From positions 124,001 to 188,000 of the IMG/VR virus record IMGVR_UViG_3300037297_000066: 64,000 nucleotides of DNA, one strand, 5' to 3'. This document shows positions 48,020-56,707 of this stretch, piece by piece (position 1 is the first letter of the stretch; each line of letters begins with the position of its first letter). The notes beneath the pieces were generated by a model. It worked only from the letters and a program-made list of their open reading frames with translations. It ran no database searches and was not told the origin of the DNA. The translations under genes and the position numbers were made by a program.

Positions 48020-48037
48020 AGCCTACCCTACACCGGT

Positions 48038-48295
48038 TCAGTTCCAGTCGAACCCACAAATGTAGTCATCGTAGAAGATCGAGGCTGAGGGCACTTCCAT
48101 GGGCTGGATTGAGACCAGATCACAGTGGATCAGCTCCTGGATGACCTCCACTCCAATGGCTCCCGATAGCTTGTGTCGTACCCGCCTACGAACCCGACCC
48201 TGCTCGTCAATGATGGGCTCGATCTCCTCAAACTCATCCGAGGAGACCCGTAGCGGCCCTAGAAAGGGGCGAGGAAGGTCGTTTGCTCTGCTCAT
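48038..48295 (-). CDS. small protein containing a T4-gp23 capsid-like peptide motif
   Basis: ELIHCDLVSIQPMEVPSASIFYDDY resembles the LIA.D(I/L)..VQPM..P.G.(I/V)F motif of gp23-type capsid proteins. Confidence 0.5.
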   Translation of the reverse strand: MSRANDLPRPFLGPLRVSSDEFEEIEPIIDEQGRVRRRVRHKLSGAIGVEVIQELIHCDLVSIQPMEVPSASIFYDDYICGFDWN

Positions 48296-48583
48296 TCAAC
48301 CAAGAAACCGGTGTTGCTGGAGGCAAGAACGACGCTCGTTGATCTCTTCCCGAGTCACGACACGAGGCCCCCTCATCCGGTAGTCTACCCACCTGCGAAT
48401 GAGCGCCTTGTGACGGGGCTCCGGGTCACCTGGCACCCGAGGACTCAACGTCCTCCACATACTCCGAAGCTTTTTCAACAGTGGTCCCATTGCCTCGAAA
48501 GTAGGCTGCGACACTTTTCTCATCTCAACCACCCGTCTTGATGCCCATGACCCAACTCCATCTTCAACAACCGGCCCCTTCAC
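48296..48583 (-). CDS. hypothetical basic protein
   Basis: ORF abutting the downstream gene. Confidence 0.5.
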   Translation of the reverse strand: MKGPVVEDGVGSWASRRVVEMRKVSQPTFEAMGPLLKKLRSMWRTLSPRVPGDPEPRHKALIRRWVDYRMRGPRVVTREEINERRSCLQQHRFLG

Positions 48584-49136
48584 AAGTCAGGGCCGGTGGG
48601 GTTCAACAGAGCCATCCTACCACACCCCCTCACACCCCTCCAAGCGCCTTCCTCTTAAGGCCAGAGGCTTAAAGACCAATCAAAGCAAGAGACCCGGATT
48701 TTTTGCCCTATAATTCTACCCTAAAAAGCCGGAATTCTTAACAAAATGGCCTCAGGTTGTAGACCCTGAATACCAGGTTGGAGACAGAGTTATATCTGAT
48801 TGAGACACTTCAGGTCTAAGTGCCCGAATTCACACAACCCCCAAATCACTCCAGTGTCTCCCCCAAAGGCCACGATCCAGCTGAAAATGCCTGGAAAAAT
48901 AAAAAATGCTTATTAATCTAAACATCTCTATTTCTTGGTACCGTGTAGACACTCTGTGGCAACTACTCGATACCCTTGAGCTACCAGAGGCCCAGTTACC
49001 ACCCTCTGTATACAGGCCCGTTGGCCAAGACTAGGACGATACAGCAGGAAAAATGCTGTATTTTGAATAACTCTAGCCCTGGGATTTTATAATTGGTCAA
49101 ACTAGCTTGTAGACCTTTAGACCTAGGTAGCCAGAT
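48584..49136. other. ~550-bp lower-GC non-coding region with TTGTAGAC motifs (candidate regulatory/origin region)
   Basis: Longest intergenic gap; A/T tracts; TTGTAGAC at 48757 and 49107. Confidence 0.6.
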
Positions 49137-49673
49137 CTACTGGGTCAGCTGGGTGTATCGAGAGAGCCGTTTACAATCAACCCGGCGGCCATCCTCAAGC
49201 AATAGCTTACCGGCCTCTAGACCGACTATCCTCACAGGATCCTGCTTCCGACGCTTGTCCCGGGGCACCAGCAGCACCCCAATGAGACTCGTGTAGTCAG
49301 CCTCGGGTTCAGGGGGCCGGAGCGTATCAGCCTCTGAAGCCTCTACAACGGGCTCTGGAGAGGGTTCCGGCTCAGCCTGGGCCTCAGGGACCTCTTCCTC
49401 CACGGGCTCTCCTAAGGGCTCCTGAGGGCCCTCCCCGAACCAGTCGATCGTGGGTTTAGCCTCCTGGACCACGCTCGGAGGGTCCACCGGGCTCACGATG
49501 GGAAAGGGCCGGACTCTGTGTACCTTGAACGCCTCCCCTCGGATCCTCACCAAGGTACCTACTCCCAATGCTTGGCATATTCGGAGAACCGCCTCCCGAG
49601 GGGTTTCATCTTCCCCGATCTCAATGCGGACCGTCTGAGTCAACGTGGGGGTCTCAATCTGAACTGATTCCAT
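49137..49673 (-). CDS. hypothetical protein with Pro/Glu-rich linker
   Basis: 178 aa ORF. Confidence 0.65.
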   Translation of the reverse strand: MESVQIETPTLTQTVRIEIGEDETPREAVLRICQALGVGTLVRIRGEAFKVHRVRPFPIVSPVDPPSVVQEAKPTIDWFGEGPQEPLGEPVEEEVPEAQAEPEPSPEPVVEASEADTLRPPEPEADYTSLIGVLLVPRDKRRKQDPVRIVGLEAGKLLLEDGRRVDCKRLSRYTQLTQ

Positions 49674-49779
49674 ATTTCAAGTTCCTGGTTCTAACCTAAC
49701 GTAATCCTGAGAATACGGCTAGAGCCTTTCTTCACTTAAGCCGACTTCCTTCGGTGTATAGGTAAGTAGAGGACTAGCA

Positions 49780-50202
49780 ATGTTGTTCGACCCCCGATTC
49801 CAAGTAGACCTGAAGATAGTCGGAGTGTTGTCGTGGCTCAATAGCCTCTCTACTGCCCAGTTCACAAAACATCCCGAGCAGTGGAGGTTCAGGGCCTACG
49901 CTTGGTACGAATGGCAGGACTCAGGGATTGCTTTCGTGGCGGAATACCATCCGAAAACCGTGTGCACCAAATGCCTCACAGTCGTAGCCATGTCCAACCC
50001 CAACAGCAAGAAGATCACCCTCCTGAGCTGGGACCGGGACCGCCCCTACTTCAACGCCCCTCAAGACACAGATATCCCAGAAGACCCCAACGATCTCAAC
50101 GTAGAGAGAATCGAAGACGATTCTGAAACCACCTCCGCCGTACGCATCAAGACAATGCTCCTGGAGTACGTAACCCAAGCCGAAGAGCCCCCAACGGTGT
50201 AG
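49780..50202 (+). CDS. hypothetical protein
   Basis: GAGG RBS; GGTGTATAGG upstream. Confidence 0.7.
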   Translation: MLFDPRFQVDLKIVGVLSWLNSLSTAQFTKHPEQWRFRAYAWYEWQDSGIAFVAEYHPKTVCTKCLTVVAMSNPNSKKITLLSWDRDRPYFNAPQDTDIPEDPNDLNVERIEDDSETTSAVRIKTMLLEYVTQAEEPPTV

Positions 50203-50226
50203 GCCCGAATCAGCAAAAACGCTCAG

Positions 50227-50257
50227 GGTTAAGATCCGAGCCCCTCACGTGTAGTAG
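50227..50257 (+). promoter_or_regulatory. 31-bp promoter element
   Basis: GG TTAAGA tccgagcccctcacgtg TAGTAG. Confidence 0.85.
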
Positions 50258-50264
50258 GGAAGTC

Positions 50265-50456
50265 ATGTCTGATTCGAGAGACCACAACTGTGAAGACCAC
50301 CTGGTCTGCAACTGCGACGGGACGCACCATTTTCGGTTCTGCTCCGTCTGCGATCGAGACCTGGGGACGGAAGACTGCCCCCTGCAAGGCAGCTGGCCCT
50401 CGGAAGAGGAACCCTACGGAGAAGATCCCTTCGAGGAGCTTTCAGAAGAGGAGTAG
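50265..50456 (+). CDS. small Cys/His-rich protein
   Basis: 7 nt after a promoter element. Confidence 0.65.
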   Translation: MSDSRDHNCEDHLVCNCDGTHHFRFCSVCDRDLGTEDCPLQGSWPSEEEPYGEDPFEELSEEE

Positions 50457-50461
50457 CCCCC

Positions 50462-50683
50462 ATGCACGGACCCACTCTCAACCCCATCTACAACGACCTG
50501 CTCATCCGGTGGGCCGAATCTGGCTACCCCTCTCCCCCTGAGTGTGAGGACTGCGAGAGAGACCTGACCGGCCAGGAGGTATTCGAGGTGAACCACGGCT
50601 GGGTCTGTGAAGACTGCAGCCACAACCACAACCCACCCTCCCCCTGCATCCTCGAACGAGAAGACTTTCACGCCGACGGTTAA
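50462..50683 (+). CDS. small Zn-ribbon protein
   Basis: CEDC...CEDC; stop codon is the TAA of the promoter element. Confidence 0.65.
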   Translation: MHGPTLNPIYNDLLIRWAESGYPSPPECEDCERDLTGQEVFEVNHGWVCEDCSHNHNPPSPCILEREDFHADG

Positions 50684-50708
50684 GATCCGAGCCCCTCACG
50701 TGTAGTAG
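50678..50708 (+). promoter_or_regulatory. 31-bp promoter element
   Basis: Identical to the 50227 and 17967 copies. Confidence 0.85.
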
Positions 50709-50712
50709 AGAC

Positions 50713-50922
50713 ATGTCCTGGTGTAGAAGAAGTGGAAGCAAGCGATTCCAGAGGAGAGGAGCCCGAGGCCGGCTCGTGAGAAACACCACAGCCAACTGCT
50801 TCGGGTTCCACACTCTCGTCTGTGCCGAATGCCAAAGCTTCGTCACCTACAACGTCGGCTCTCAACGCCCCGAAACCTGCTCCCACTGCGGAAAGCCCCT
50901 GAGAGATGTCAGTGAACGGTGA
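50713..50922 (+). CDS. small Zn-ribbon protein
   Basis: CAEC...CSHC; 4 nt after a promoter element. Confidence 0.55.
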   Translation: MSWCRRSGSKRFQRRGARGRLVRNTTANCFGFHTLVCAECQSFVTYNVGSQRPETCSHCGKPLRDVSER

Positions 50923-51217
50923 ATGGGTCAAGGTACTCGACCCCCAAGCTCAACAAAAAGCCCTGCACCTCACCCGAGGCCGCTATCAACGAGAGGTGAT
51001 CCTGGGCACCCACAACATATCTGGATCGACTCTCAGCGGAAAGGCCCGAGACTACGCCGCTCGATACAAGAGGTCCCGAGAGGCCCTCCTGGAACGGCTC
51101 ACGCAAGCCCAGATCCCCTGGTCTATTGAAGTGCAAGCCCACGGCCGAAAGATCCTGGTCTTCGGAGAGAAGCCCGACTCCCGACCCACCATGTGGGACA
51201 TCATCATAGAGGACTGA
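50906..51217 (+). CDS. hypothetical protein with C-terminal PTMWDII motif
   Basis: Co-oriented ORF. Confidence 0.65.
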   Translation: MSVNGEWVKVLDPQAQQKALHLTRGRYQREVILGTHNISGSTLSGKARDYAARYKRSREALLERLTQAQIPWSIEVQAHGRKILVFGEKPDSRPTMWDIIIED

Positions 51218-51221
51218 ACCC

Positions 51222-51497
51222 ATGCGACATCTACCTGGACCCCCCCGAACCGTCATCACCATCGACCCCGAGTTGCTGGGACCCTTTCACGTGCCTCCCA
51301 AGTGCCAGGGTCAGATCATCGAATTCGCCTTCGCTGCCTACGACGGCGACGGGGTGGTTCGCCGAACCATTGACCTAGGACAGCCAGACTCCGAGCCCGA
51401 ATACTACTGGGGCCACCTGGTGGGGGACTTCGAGCCCTGGAACGACATCCCCGAAGTTGAAGAGTGGCAGTGCGCCAAGATGGGAAACCCACAGTGA
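51222..51497 (+). CDS. hypothetical protein, paralog of 51494..51751
   Basis: ITIDP...G.F..PP...G...VVRR......Y.W..L.G.FEPWN..P.V..W. Confidence 0.75.
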   Translation: MRHLPGPPRTVITIDPELLGPFHVPPKCQGQIIEFAFAAYDGDGVVRRTIDLGQPDSEPEYYWGHLVGDFEPWNDIPEVEEWQCAKMGNPQ

Positions 51498-51751
51498 CCC
51501 CTATCACCATCGATCCCACCCAAATCGGCAAGTTCAATTGCCCGCCCGGCCACGAGGGGCCTCTCTACCGAATCTCCTACGCCCCCTACAAAGGCGAGCG
51601 AGTAGTCCGTCGAGACTTCCACCTGAAGAGTGGTCGAGTCTCCTACTTCTGGAGCGTCCTGCGGGGCCCCTTCGAGCCCTGGAACAAGGCTCCCAAGGTG
51701 GCCGGGTGGAAGCCGGCCATCCTCAGTCAGCCAAAGGAATCCCAGCCATGA
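51494..51751 (+). CDS. hypothetical protein, paralog of 51222..51497
   Basis: Same motif set; GTGA overlap. Confidence 0.75.
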   Translation: MTPITIDPTQIGKFNCPPGHEGPLYRISYAPYKGERVVRRDFHLKSGRVSYFWSVLRGPFEPWNKAPKVAGWKPAILSQPKESQP

Positions 51752-52017
51752 TCACCTCCGTCAAGGAAGTTCACAGCTCGAAAGTAGGGCACGGGCCTAA
51801 CGGGTTGACCTACTACAACTACTTCATCTGTAGGTGTGTAGGAGGAATTCGTCCACGCTACCACCTCTTCCGGGTCAACAACGTGCTGGAGGGGTTCGAG
51901 GTGCTCGGAAACGAGCTCCCCCTCCAAGACTGTCGCCGGATCGTGTCCGAACACGAGCCTCACGGCACCACGATCACCCAACAAAACGTGGACCGGTTCG
52001 CCAAGAGGAATCCATGA
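51748..52017 (+). CDS. hypothetical protein
   Basis: ATGA overlap; MITSVKEVH... Confidence 0.6.
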   Translation: MITSVKEVHSSKVGHGPNGLTYYNYFICRCVGGIRPRYHLFRVNNVLEGFEVLGNELPLQDCRRIVSEHEPHGTTITQQNVDRFAKRNP

Positions 52018-52199
52018 CGAAATCGGAAGCTCTCCAAGAGGCCCGAAGGCTCACAGTCGAGACCGGTAGGAAGTTCGTGGTCCGAGTAGACGGATCCACC
52101 CACTTCGTCTGCCCCCTGCACCGAACGGGACCCAAGAGGTACCTTCACGACCCCGGCATGGCCGCCCTGGGCCTGCTGGTTTCCGAGAGCCTGGGTTAA
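52014..52199 (+). CDS. hypothetical protein
   Basis: MTKSEALQEARRL...; stop is the TAA of the promoter element. Confidence 0.6.
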   Translation: MTKSEALQEARRLTVETGRKFVVRVDGSTHFVCPLHRTGPKRYLHDPGMAALGLLVSESLG

Positions 52200-52224
52200 G
52201 ATCTGGCCCCCTCACGTGTAGTAG
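52194..52224 (+). promoter_or_regulatory. 31-bp promoter element
   Basis: GG TTAAGA tctggccccctcacgtg TAGTAG. Confidence 0.85.
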
Positions 52225-52229
52225 GGGAT

Positions 52230-52565
52230 ATGGCAACCTTAGAAGTCATCGGCCTCCTAGTCCTATTGCTACTGTGGAGTCTGGGAGGGTGGTTCTTCAT
52301 CAACCCTAAGGAACCCAACATGAACATCGAAGCCACCGAATACACCCGAGAAGACGGCGTTGCAGCCTGCAAGATCCGCGGAGGATGGGTCGTCCGCTGC
52401 TTCTACGGCCCCAGCTGGTTCTGGGACCGGAACCTCCAGGACTGGGTCATCTGCAGCCAAGCAGGCTTCAAGCTCTCAAACCTGGCCATGTCCAAGGAAC
52501 AGGCTCTCAGCCTGCTGGAGACCGTCACCTCCAAGCGACCCAGCAAAAAGTCGGCCTCCTTGTAG
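52230..52565 (+). CDS. hypothetical protein with N-terminal hydrophobic helix
   Basis: 5 nt after a promoter element. Confidence 0.6.
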   Translation: MATLEVIGLLVLLLLWSLGGWFFINPKEPNMNIEATEYTREDGVAACKIRGGWVVRCFYGPSWFWDRNLQDWVICSQAGFKLSNLAMSKEQALSLLETVTSKRPSKKSASL

Positions 52566-52717
52566 ACATTTTCCCTAGCTTGTAGACATTGTTTCTAACT
52601 GACACAACTGACATAACCCCAGATTGCCAGAAACTCAGCCAAAAACAGCCCTAAATTTACCCAAAGGCATGTCTACAACCTGAGTTTTGTCAGTTCCGAC
52701 CACCCGAGGGGGAGTCC

Positions 52718-52885
52718 GTGAACAACATCGCAACGCTCGTGCCACTTACCGCCCAAGTGATCTCAACCGGGGTCCCCAGAGAGAACGTGGTGGACGCCTT
52801 GATCCAGAGGGGCCTCACCCCACAAGGGGCCATCCTGATCTACGAAGCCGCCAGCATTTTCCTGACGGGAACCAATCAGGGTTAA
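52718..52885 (+). CDS. 55-aa protein, paralog of 52922..53083 (not in ORF track)
   Basis: MNNIATLVPLTAQVISTGVPRENVVDALIQRGLTPQGAILIYEAASIFLTGTNQG*; GGAG RBS. Confidence 0.75.
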   Translation: MNNIATLVPLTAQVISTGVPRENVVDALIQRGLTPQGAILIYEAASIFLTGTNQG

Positions 52886-52910
52886 GATCCGAGGCCCTCA
52901 CGTGTAGTAG
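52880..52910 (+). promoter_or_regulatory. 31-bp promoter element
   Basis: GG TTAAGA tccgaggccctcacgtg TAGTAG. Confidence 0.85.
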
Positions 52911-52921
52911 AGGTATAGGTC

Positions 52922-53083
52922 ATGGACAACTTCGAAACCCTAACCATTTCGGCAGCCCAAGCCATTTCAATGGGAGTGGATAGGCAAGAAGTCATCCGGT
53001 CTCTCATCGAGCGAGAGCTTACCCCCGAGGAAGCCTACCTCATCTACCAGGCGGCCAAGATCCTGGCCAAGGAGCCCAAGTGA
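52922..53083 (+). CDS. 53-aa protein, paralog of 52718..52885 (not in ORF track)
   Basis: MDNFETLTISAAQAISMGVDRQEVIRSLIERELTPEEAYLIYQAAKILAKEPK*; GTGA overlap with the next gene. Confidence 0.8.
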   Translation: MDNFETLTISAAQAISMGVDRQEVIRSLIERELTPEEAYLIYQAAKILAKEPK

Positions 53084-53592
53084 AAAAGACCACCCGCACC
53101 GTCCGAATCCCAGCGATCATCGCTGCTCACGTTTGCGACCGGCTGCAACAACGTAGCCAACCAGACGACAGCATACGCTCAGAACTCATCCGCCGGATCA
53201 CTGAGCTATCAAGCCAACGGACCGACAAGCTGGAGCTCAACCGACAAGAGGCCCACACCCTCCGAGAAGACCTCCTCCCTTCCCCGGGTAGGAGCAAGCT
53301 AAGCCAGTCCGCTCTTCGCTCCTGGGTGACCCTATGGAGAAGGTGCGGCCAGGTCGTCTACGCTCTCACCGACTGGGTGGTCCGGTTCCTGGAATCCTTC
53401 GAGAAGCACCGGGCCGTCACCAACCAAGACGAGGCAGCCTTGTGGGCCCTGACCGACATCACGGGCGACCGCCCCGTTGTCCAAAATGTCTTGGGAGGTG
53501 TCCGGGTCACCCTCGCCAACCATTCGGCCGTCGGAGAGACCGTCCTCTCCGCCTCCAACAACCTAGTCGCCAGCCTCAAGTACCCGAAGTAA
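53080..53592 (+). CDS. hypothetical protein
   Basis: Coupled 170 aa ORF. Confidence 0.65.
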   Translation: MKKTTRTVRIPAIIAAHVCDRLQQRSQPDDSIRSELIRRITELSSQRTDKLELNRQEAHTLREDLLPSPGRSKLSQSALRSWVTLWRRCGQVVYALTDWVVRFLESFEKHRAVTNQDEAALWALTDITGDRPVVQNVLGGVRVTLANHSAVGETVLSASNNLVASLKYPK

Positions 53593-53635
53593 CCGTGCCC
53601 ACCAAGAAGTGAGCCCCCATGCCCACCAAGTGGGT

Positions 53636-53923
53636 CTAGGGCCAGACGGCTCCGGAAAGCTCTAGGGCTTCTCGAACCCTGCCCATCTCCTCGGAGGACA
53701 CCTGAATCTCAACGATCTTCCCCCCAGGAATGTGGAGATTCAGGTGGTTCTCGACCTTCCCTGGAATCAAGTCTAGGATCGCCCCAGACTCCTCCCTCTT
53801 AGGGTGAACTGTTCGGCTTTCCCGAATGTAGATCATGGCGGGTACTAACAAGTCCACAAAACACCTCACACAATCGGTAGTCACGTTAGCAGGGCTCAGC
53901 CCAACTTGGAGTGAGGGTAGCAC
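53636..53923 (-). CDS. hypothetical protein
   Basis: ORF at the end of a minus-strand run. Confidence 0.5.
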   Translation of the reverse strand: MLPSLQVGLSPANVTTDCVRCFVDLLVPAMIYIRESRTVHPKREESGAILDLIPGKVENHLNLHIPGGKIVEIQVSSEEMGRVREALELSGAVWP

Positions 53924-54099
53924 TGGCGGTAGGCTTGCCGGGTGTGCTCCCGCTCTCGCTCGGACATCATCTCCCAGTCCTTCTCAGCTTGCTCGAATGG
54001 GTAGTGCTCTCCCACCACAGCACGCAGGCCCACAATCATCATAGCCCCCATCATGGTCTCTCTCAACTGTGTGGGGTCAACGGGACGGGACATGGCCAC
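53896..54099 (-). CDS. hypothetical protein
   Basis: GGAGG RBS. Confidence 0.55.
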   Translation of the reverse strand: MAMSRPVDPTQLRETMMGAMMIVGLRAVVGEHYPFEQAEKDWEMMSEREREHTRQAYRQCYPHSKLG

Positions 54100-54553
54100 C
54101 TACCTCCGACCAAAGGGTTCTGAGTAGCTCTACCTCATCTGGTCTCAAGCCTGGTTCGTACCGAGCAGTATCGTAGCGAGCACTTTCCTCGCTTTCAAGG
54201 TGCCTCCCTTCCAAGAAGGCTCGCCCCAACACCGCCTCAGGGGCTAGCTCTTGACAACCCTGATCGTTGAACGGGGACCCGTGAGACCCTCTCTCCTCTG
54301 AGGTGGCCTCCTGCACTGCCCGCAGCACGAACGGAAGCAGCCACAAGGGCCATCTAGACATCGGCTCATAGTATTGATCCCCCGGTATTTTGTACTTCAC
54401 AGATACCTTAGGAGGTTGCCCGGGACAGCTATACACACTGGCTTCGTAACTCACCTCCTCCTCTGAACAAACCAACTCCCTCCTGAAAAGGACCTCACCC
54501 CCTCGCCTATCCACCGGGTGCTGTACTTCCTGCCAAGGCATATCCGAGCTCAT
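54077..54553 (-). CDS. Fam-A paralog (C-domain shortened)
   Basis: MPW..YEASV..WPLWLLPFVLRAVQEA..SPF..DEVELLR. Confidence 0.75.
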   Translation of the reverse strand: MSSDMPWQEVQHPVDRRGGEVLFRRELVCSEEEVSYEASVYSCPGQPPKVSVKYKIPGDQYYEPMSRWPLWLLPFVLRAVQEATSEERGSHGSPFNDQGCQELAPEAVLGRAFLEGRHLESEESARYDTARYEPGLRPDEVELLRTLWSEVGGHVPSR

Positions 54554-54595
54554 ATGTTCATGTCTGAGAAGCCTTCCTCAGGGTCGTAATCCTCG

Positions 54596-54694
54596 GGCTT
54601 TGCATCAAAAGGGGTGATTCTGGCTTGACAAGGCAAGCTTTTTCGGGAGGAATGAGTGGAAACAACACCAGCTCTGCGGTTTTGAAGCAGAGAC
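54596..54694. repeat. dispersed 99-bp repeat, copy 2
   Basis: 89/99 identical to 23285-23383. Confidence 0.95.
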
Positions 54695-55056
54695 TAATCC
54701 TCGGAAGGATCTTCCTCCCCGAAGACTCGCCTACGGACTTCCCGGGCCGACTCGACCGGGCCCCTACCCGTGACACTGTCGGGGGCTTCAAAGCACGATC
54801 TATGAGAAGCCTGGATGGGTGTGGCCTCCTGAACCGTCTTCAAGATCCAAGGGAGTAGGTCAAGAGGCCAATGAGCCGGAGCCCCACTGTTGCCGTAGTT
54901 CCACCAACCAACCTGTATCTTGGGGCTTTTCCCACGACAGACTGTGACAGTGATTATGAACCCCTCATCCGAATCTTCCCCCTCCAAGTACATTCGGCGT
55001 ACCAGCTCCACCTTGTCTTGCTGGATATTCTTCCGGAGGCTCTGTTCCAAGAACAC
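54694..55056 (-). CDS. Fam-A paralog (N-domain only; stop at edge of 99-bp repeat)
   Basis: WPLDLLPWILKTVQEA..FEAPDSV; GTG 6 nt after GGTGTATCGT. Confidence 0.75.
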   Translation of the reverse strand: MFLEQSLRKNIQQDKVELVRRMYLEGEDSDEGFIITVTVCRGKSPKIQVGWWNYGNSGAPAHWPLDLLPWILKTVQEATPIQASHRSCFEAPDSVTGRGPVESAREVRRRVFGEEDPSED

Positions 55057-55077
55057 TCCCTCACGATACACCAAAGC

Positions 55078-55485
55078 TCACCCACAAGCCTTAAGAATCC
55101 TCTCCCAGGCCGTGGGGGGCAACTTCTGGTCCAGATGGGTCAGGCAGTCGTAGACCTGTCGAACCACATCCAGACGCCAGCTAGCAGGGCCATGAGACCT
55201 GGTAGGTCTGAGGGATAGCAGGAAATCCCCTACCTCTCCCACCTGCTGCTTGGTTAACGATACCAGAGCATTGAAGTAGAGGCGCCGTTCTTGATCCAAA
55301 CTGTCCTGGATACTCCCATTGAAATGCACATGCTCGTAGTGGTGCTCAGGGAGAAGCCCACAACAAATACACCGAGCTTTCTTAGCATCTTCCAAAGCTC
55401 GTAGCTCCTCCCCAGTGGCCCTCTCGTTTGCTTCCCGACGCTCGGGGGACATCCTAGCCCGCAAGGCTGAAAACCGCTCTGGCAT
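55078..55485 (-). CDS. hypothetical protein with C-terminal PTAWERIL motif
   Basis: N-terminus FSALRARMSPERR; CICC. Confidence 0.65.
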   Translation of the reverse strand: MPERFSALRARMSPERREANERATGEELRALEDAKKARCICCGLLPEHHYEHVHFNGSIQDSLDQERRLYFNALVSLTKQQVGEVGDFLLSLRPTRSHGPASWRLDVVRQVYDCLTHLDQKLPPTAWERILKACG

Positions 55486-55490
55486 ACCTT

Positions 55491-56051
55491 CTAGGGCTCC
55501 CTAGCACGAAATTCCGAGACCCGGTCCAGAATGGCCTCCGTGATCTCCTCTGGAGAGTATCGATCGGCCAAACGCTCCCGAAAAAGCACTTCCTCCCTCG
55601 TCAACCGATAAGGGTACCGGTCAACCGTACGCCGGTACTCCGCCTCGTCCCACCGTTCCATAAGGCACGGACGAGTCAACACACGGGGAACTCCCTCATA
55701 GTAGCTCCCCAAGGCTACGTTGTCGTCCCATGCCTGCCTCACCAAAGCCCTGCAGTCGTCACACATCGACCCTTCTCCGAAAGATCCCCTATAGGAAAAC
55801 TTGGGGCTGACCATCGTCAAGATCTCCAGCACGAACGGGATCACCTCTTCAGGAAAGGCGAGCACTCGATTCCAACGGTCGTTCAAAGACTCCCTCCTGA
55901 ACAGTACAACCGTATGTCTCCCCCCTGATCGAATCGTGCTATTCTGAGTCTGGATCTGATACTGAGTCGAGCTTTCTTCCTCGGCCAGTATCAGGTAGAC
56001 GGCAGGGGCGCTCTCCTGCTTGAACCTCTCGGCCACTTTCCAGGCCATCAC
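55491..56051 (-). CDS. Fam-A paralog (N+C)
   Basis: MMAW..FP..IPFVLE..SFGEGS..LGSYY..WDEAEY..EEVLFR..EEITEAIL. Confidence 0.85.
   Translation of the reverse strand: MMAWKVAERFKQESAPAVYLILAEEESSTQYQIQTQNSTIRSGGRHTVVLFRRESLNDRWNRVLAFPEEVIPFVLEILTMVSPKFSYRGSFGEGSMCDDCRALVRQAWDDNVALGSYYEGVPRVLTRPCLMERWDEAEYRRTVDRYPYRLTREEVLFRERLADRYSPEEITEAILDRVSEFRAREP
55534..55606. repeat. 73-bp patch shared with 56091-56163 (68/73)
   Basis: Direct comparison of adjacent Fam-A 3' ends. Confidence 0.95.
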
Positions 56052-56707
56052 GCCTCCTCAGCCGATCGGCGGTTTCTCAGGACCAGCATAGCCTCCGTGA
56101 TCTCCTCTGGAGAGTATTGATCGGCCAAGCGTTCTCGAAAAATCACTTCCTCCCTCGTCAACCACGTATGCTCCTGGCTAGTCAGGTCCCCCGGATCACC
56201 AGCAGCTCGTCGGTACCCCTCTTCGGTCCACTCAGGGTCACTAACCCTGATCAGTTTCCGAGTGGTTGTGCTGTCAGACATCCAATAAGAGGCCGTCAAC
56301 TCTCCGAACAAGGACCGAAAACCCCCAACCACCTCGAAAGCAGCCTCCACACGCTCCTGAAGATCCTCCAAAGTGGGTTCGAAAGGAGATGACTCCGCCC
56401 CGAACACCACCTGTTGAACCGCCTCTTTTTCGAAGGCCGAATCAAGCGGCACCACCGACTGTTCAGCTTTTTGCACCAACCGGATCAGGTAAGGCATTAA
56501 ACTAGTAGGCCACTGTATGGGTTGATGCCACGTCCCTTGTTCTCGATCCATCATCAAGACCTCAACCATCGCCTGCTTGGTAGGCAAGTGAAACCGGACA
56601 AGAATCCGGAACCGAACCTTCTCGTCTTCATCCCAAATCAGACACTTCCCGTACGAGATGAAGGTCGGAAACCTCATAGAGGGCTCTACAGTCTCGATCC
56701 AGGCCAT
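56048..56707 (-). CDS. Fam-A paralog (N+C)
   Basis: MAWI..WPTSLMPYL..AFEKEAV..DPEWTEEGY..EEVIFR..EEITEAML. Confidence 0.85.
   Translation of the reverse strand: MAWIETVEPSMRFPTFISYGKCLIWDEDEKVRFRILVRFHLPTKQAMVEVLMMDREQGTWHQPIQWPTSLMPYLIRLVQKAEQSVVPLDSAFEKEAVQQVVFGAESSPFEPTLEDLQERVEAAFEVVGGFRSLFGELTASYWMSDSTTTRKLIRVSDPEWTEEGYRRAAGDPGDLTSQEHTWLTREEVIFRERLADQYSPEEITEAMLVLRNRRSAEEA
56211..56240. repeat. 30-bp patch identical to 57056-57085
   Basis: CGGTACCCCTCTTCGGTCCACTCAGGGTCA in both (DPEWTEEGYR). Confidence 0.95.

Noticed and set aside
44159-52684. TTGTAGAC as a Cas12a-type repeat fragment
   Set aside because: Only an 8-bp resemblance, with no repeat-spacer periodicity or stem partner.
55534-56163. 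Diversity-generating retroelement TR/VR pair (4 of 5 mismatches are at A in one copy on the coding strand)
   Set aside because: Only five mismatches, three of them synonymous; no AAY-rich template; both copies are coding; no reverse transcriptase in the window. Gene conversion is the simpler explanation.
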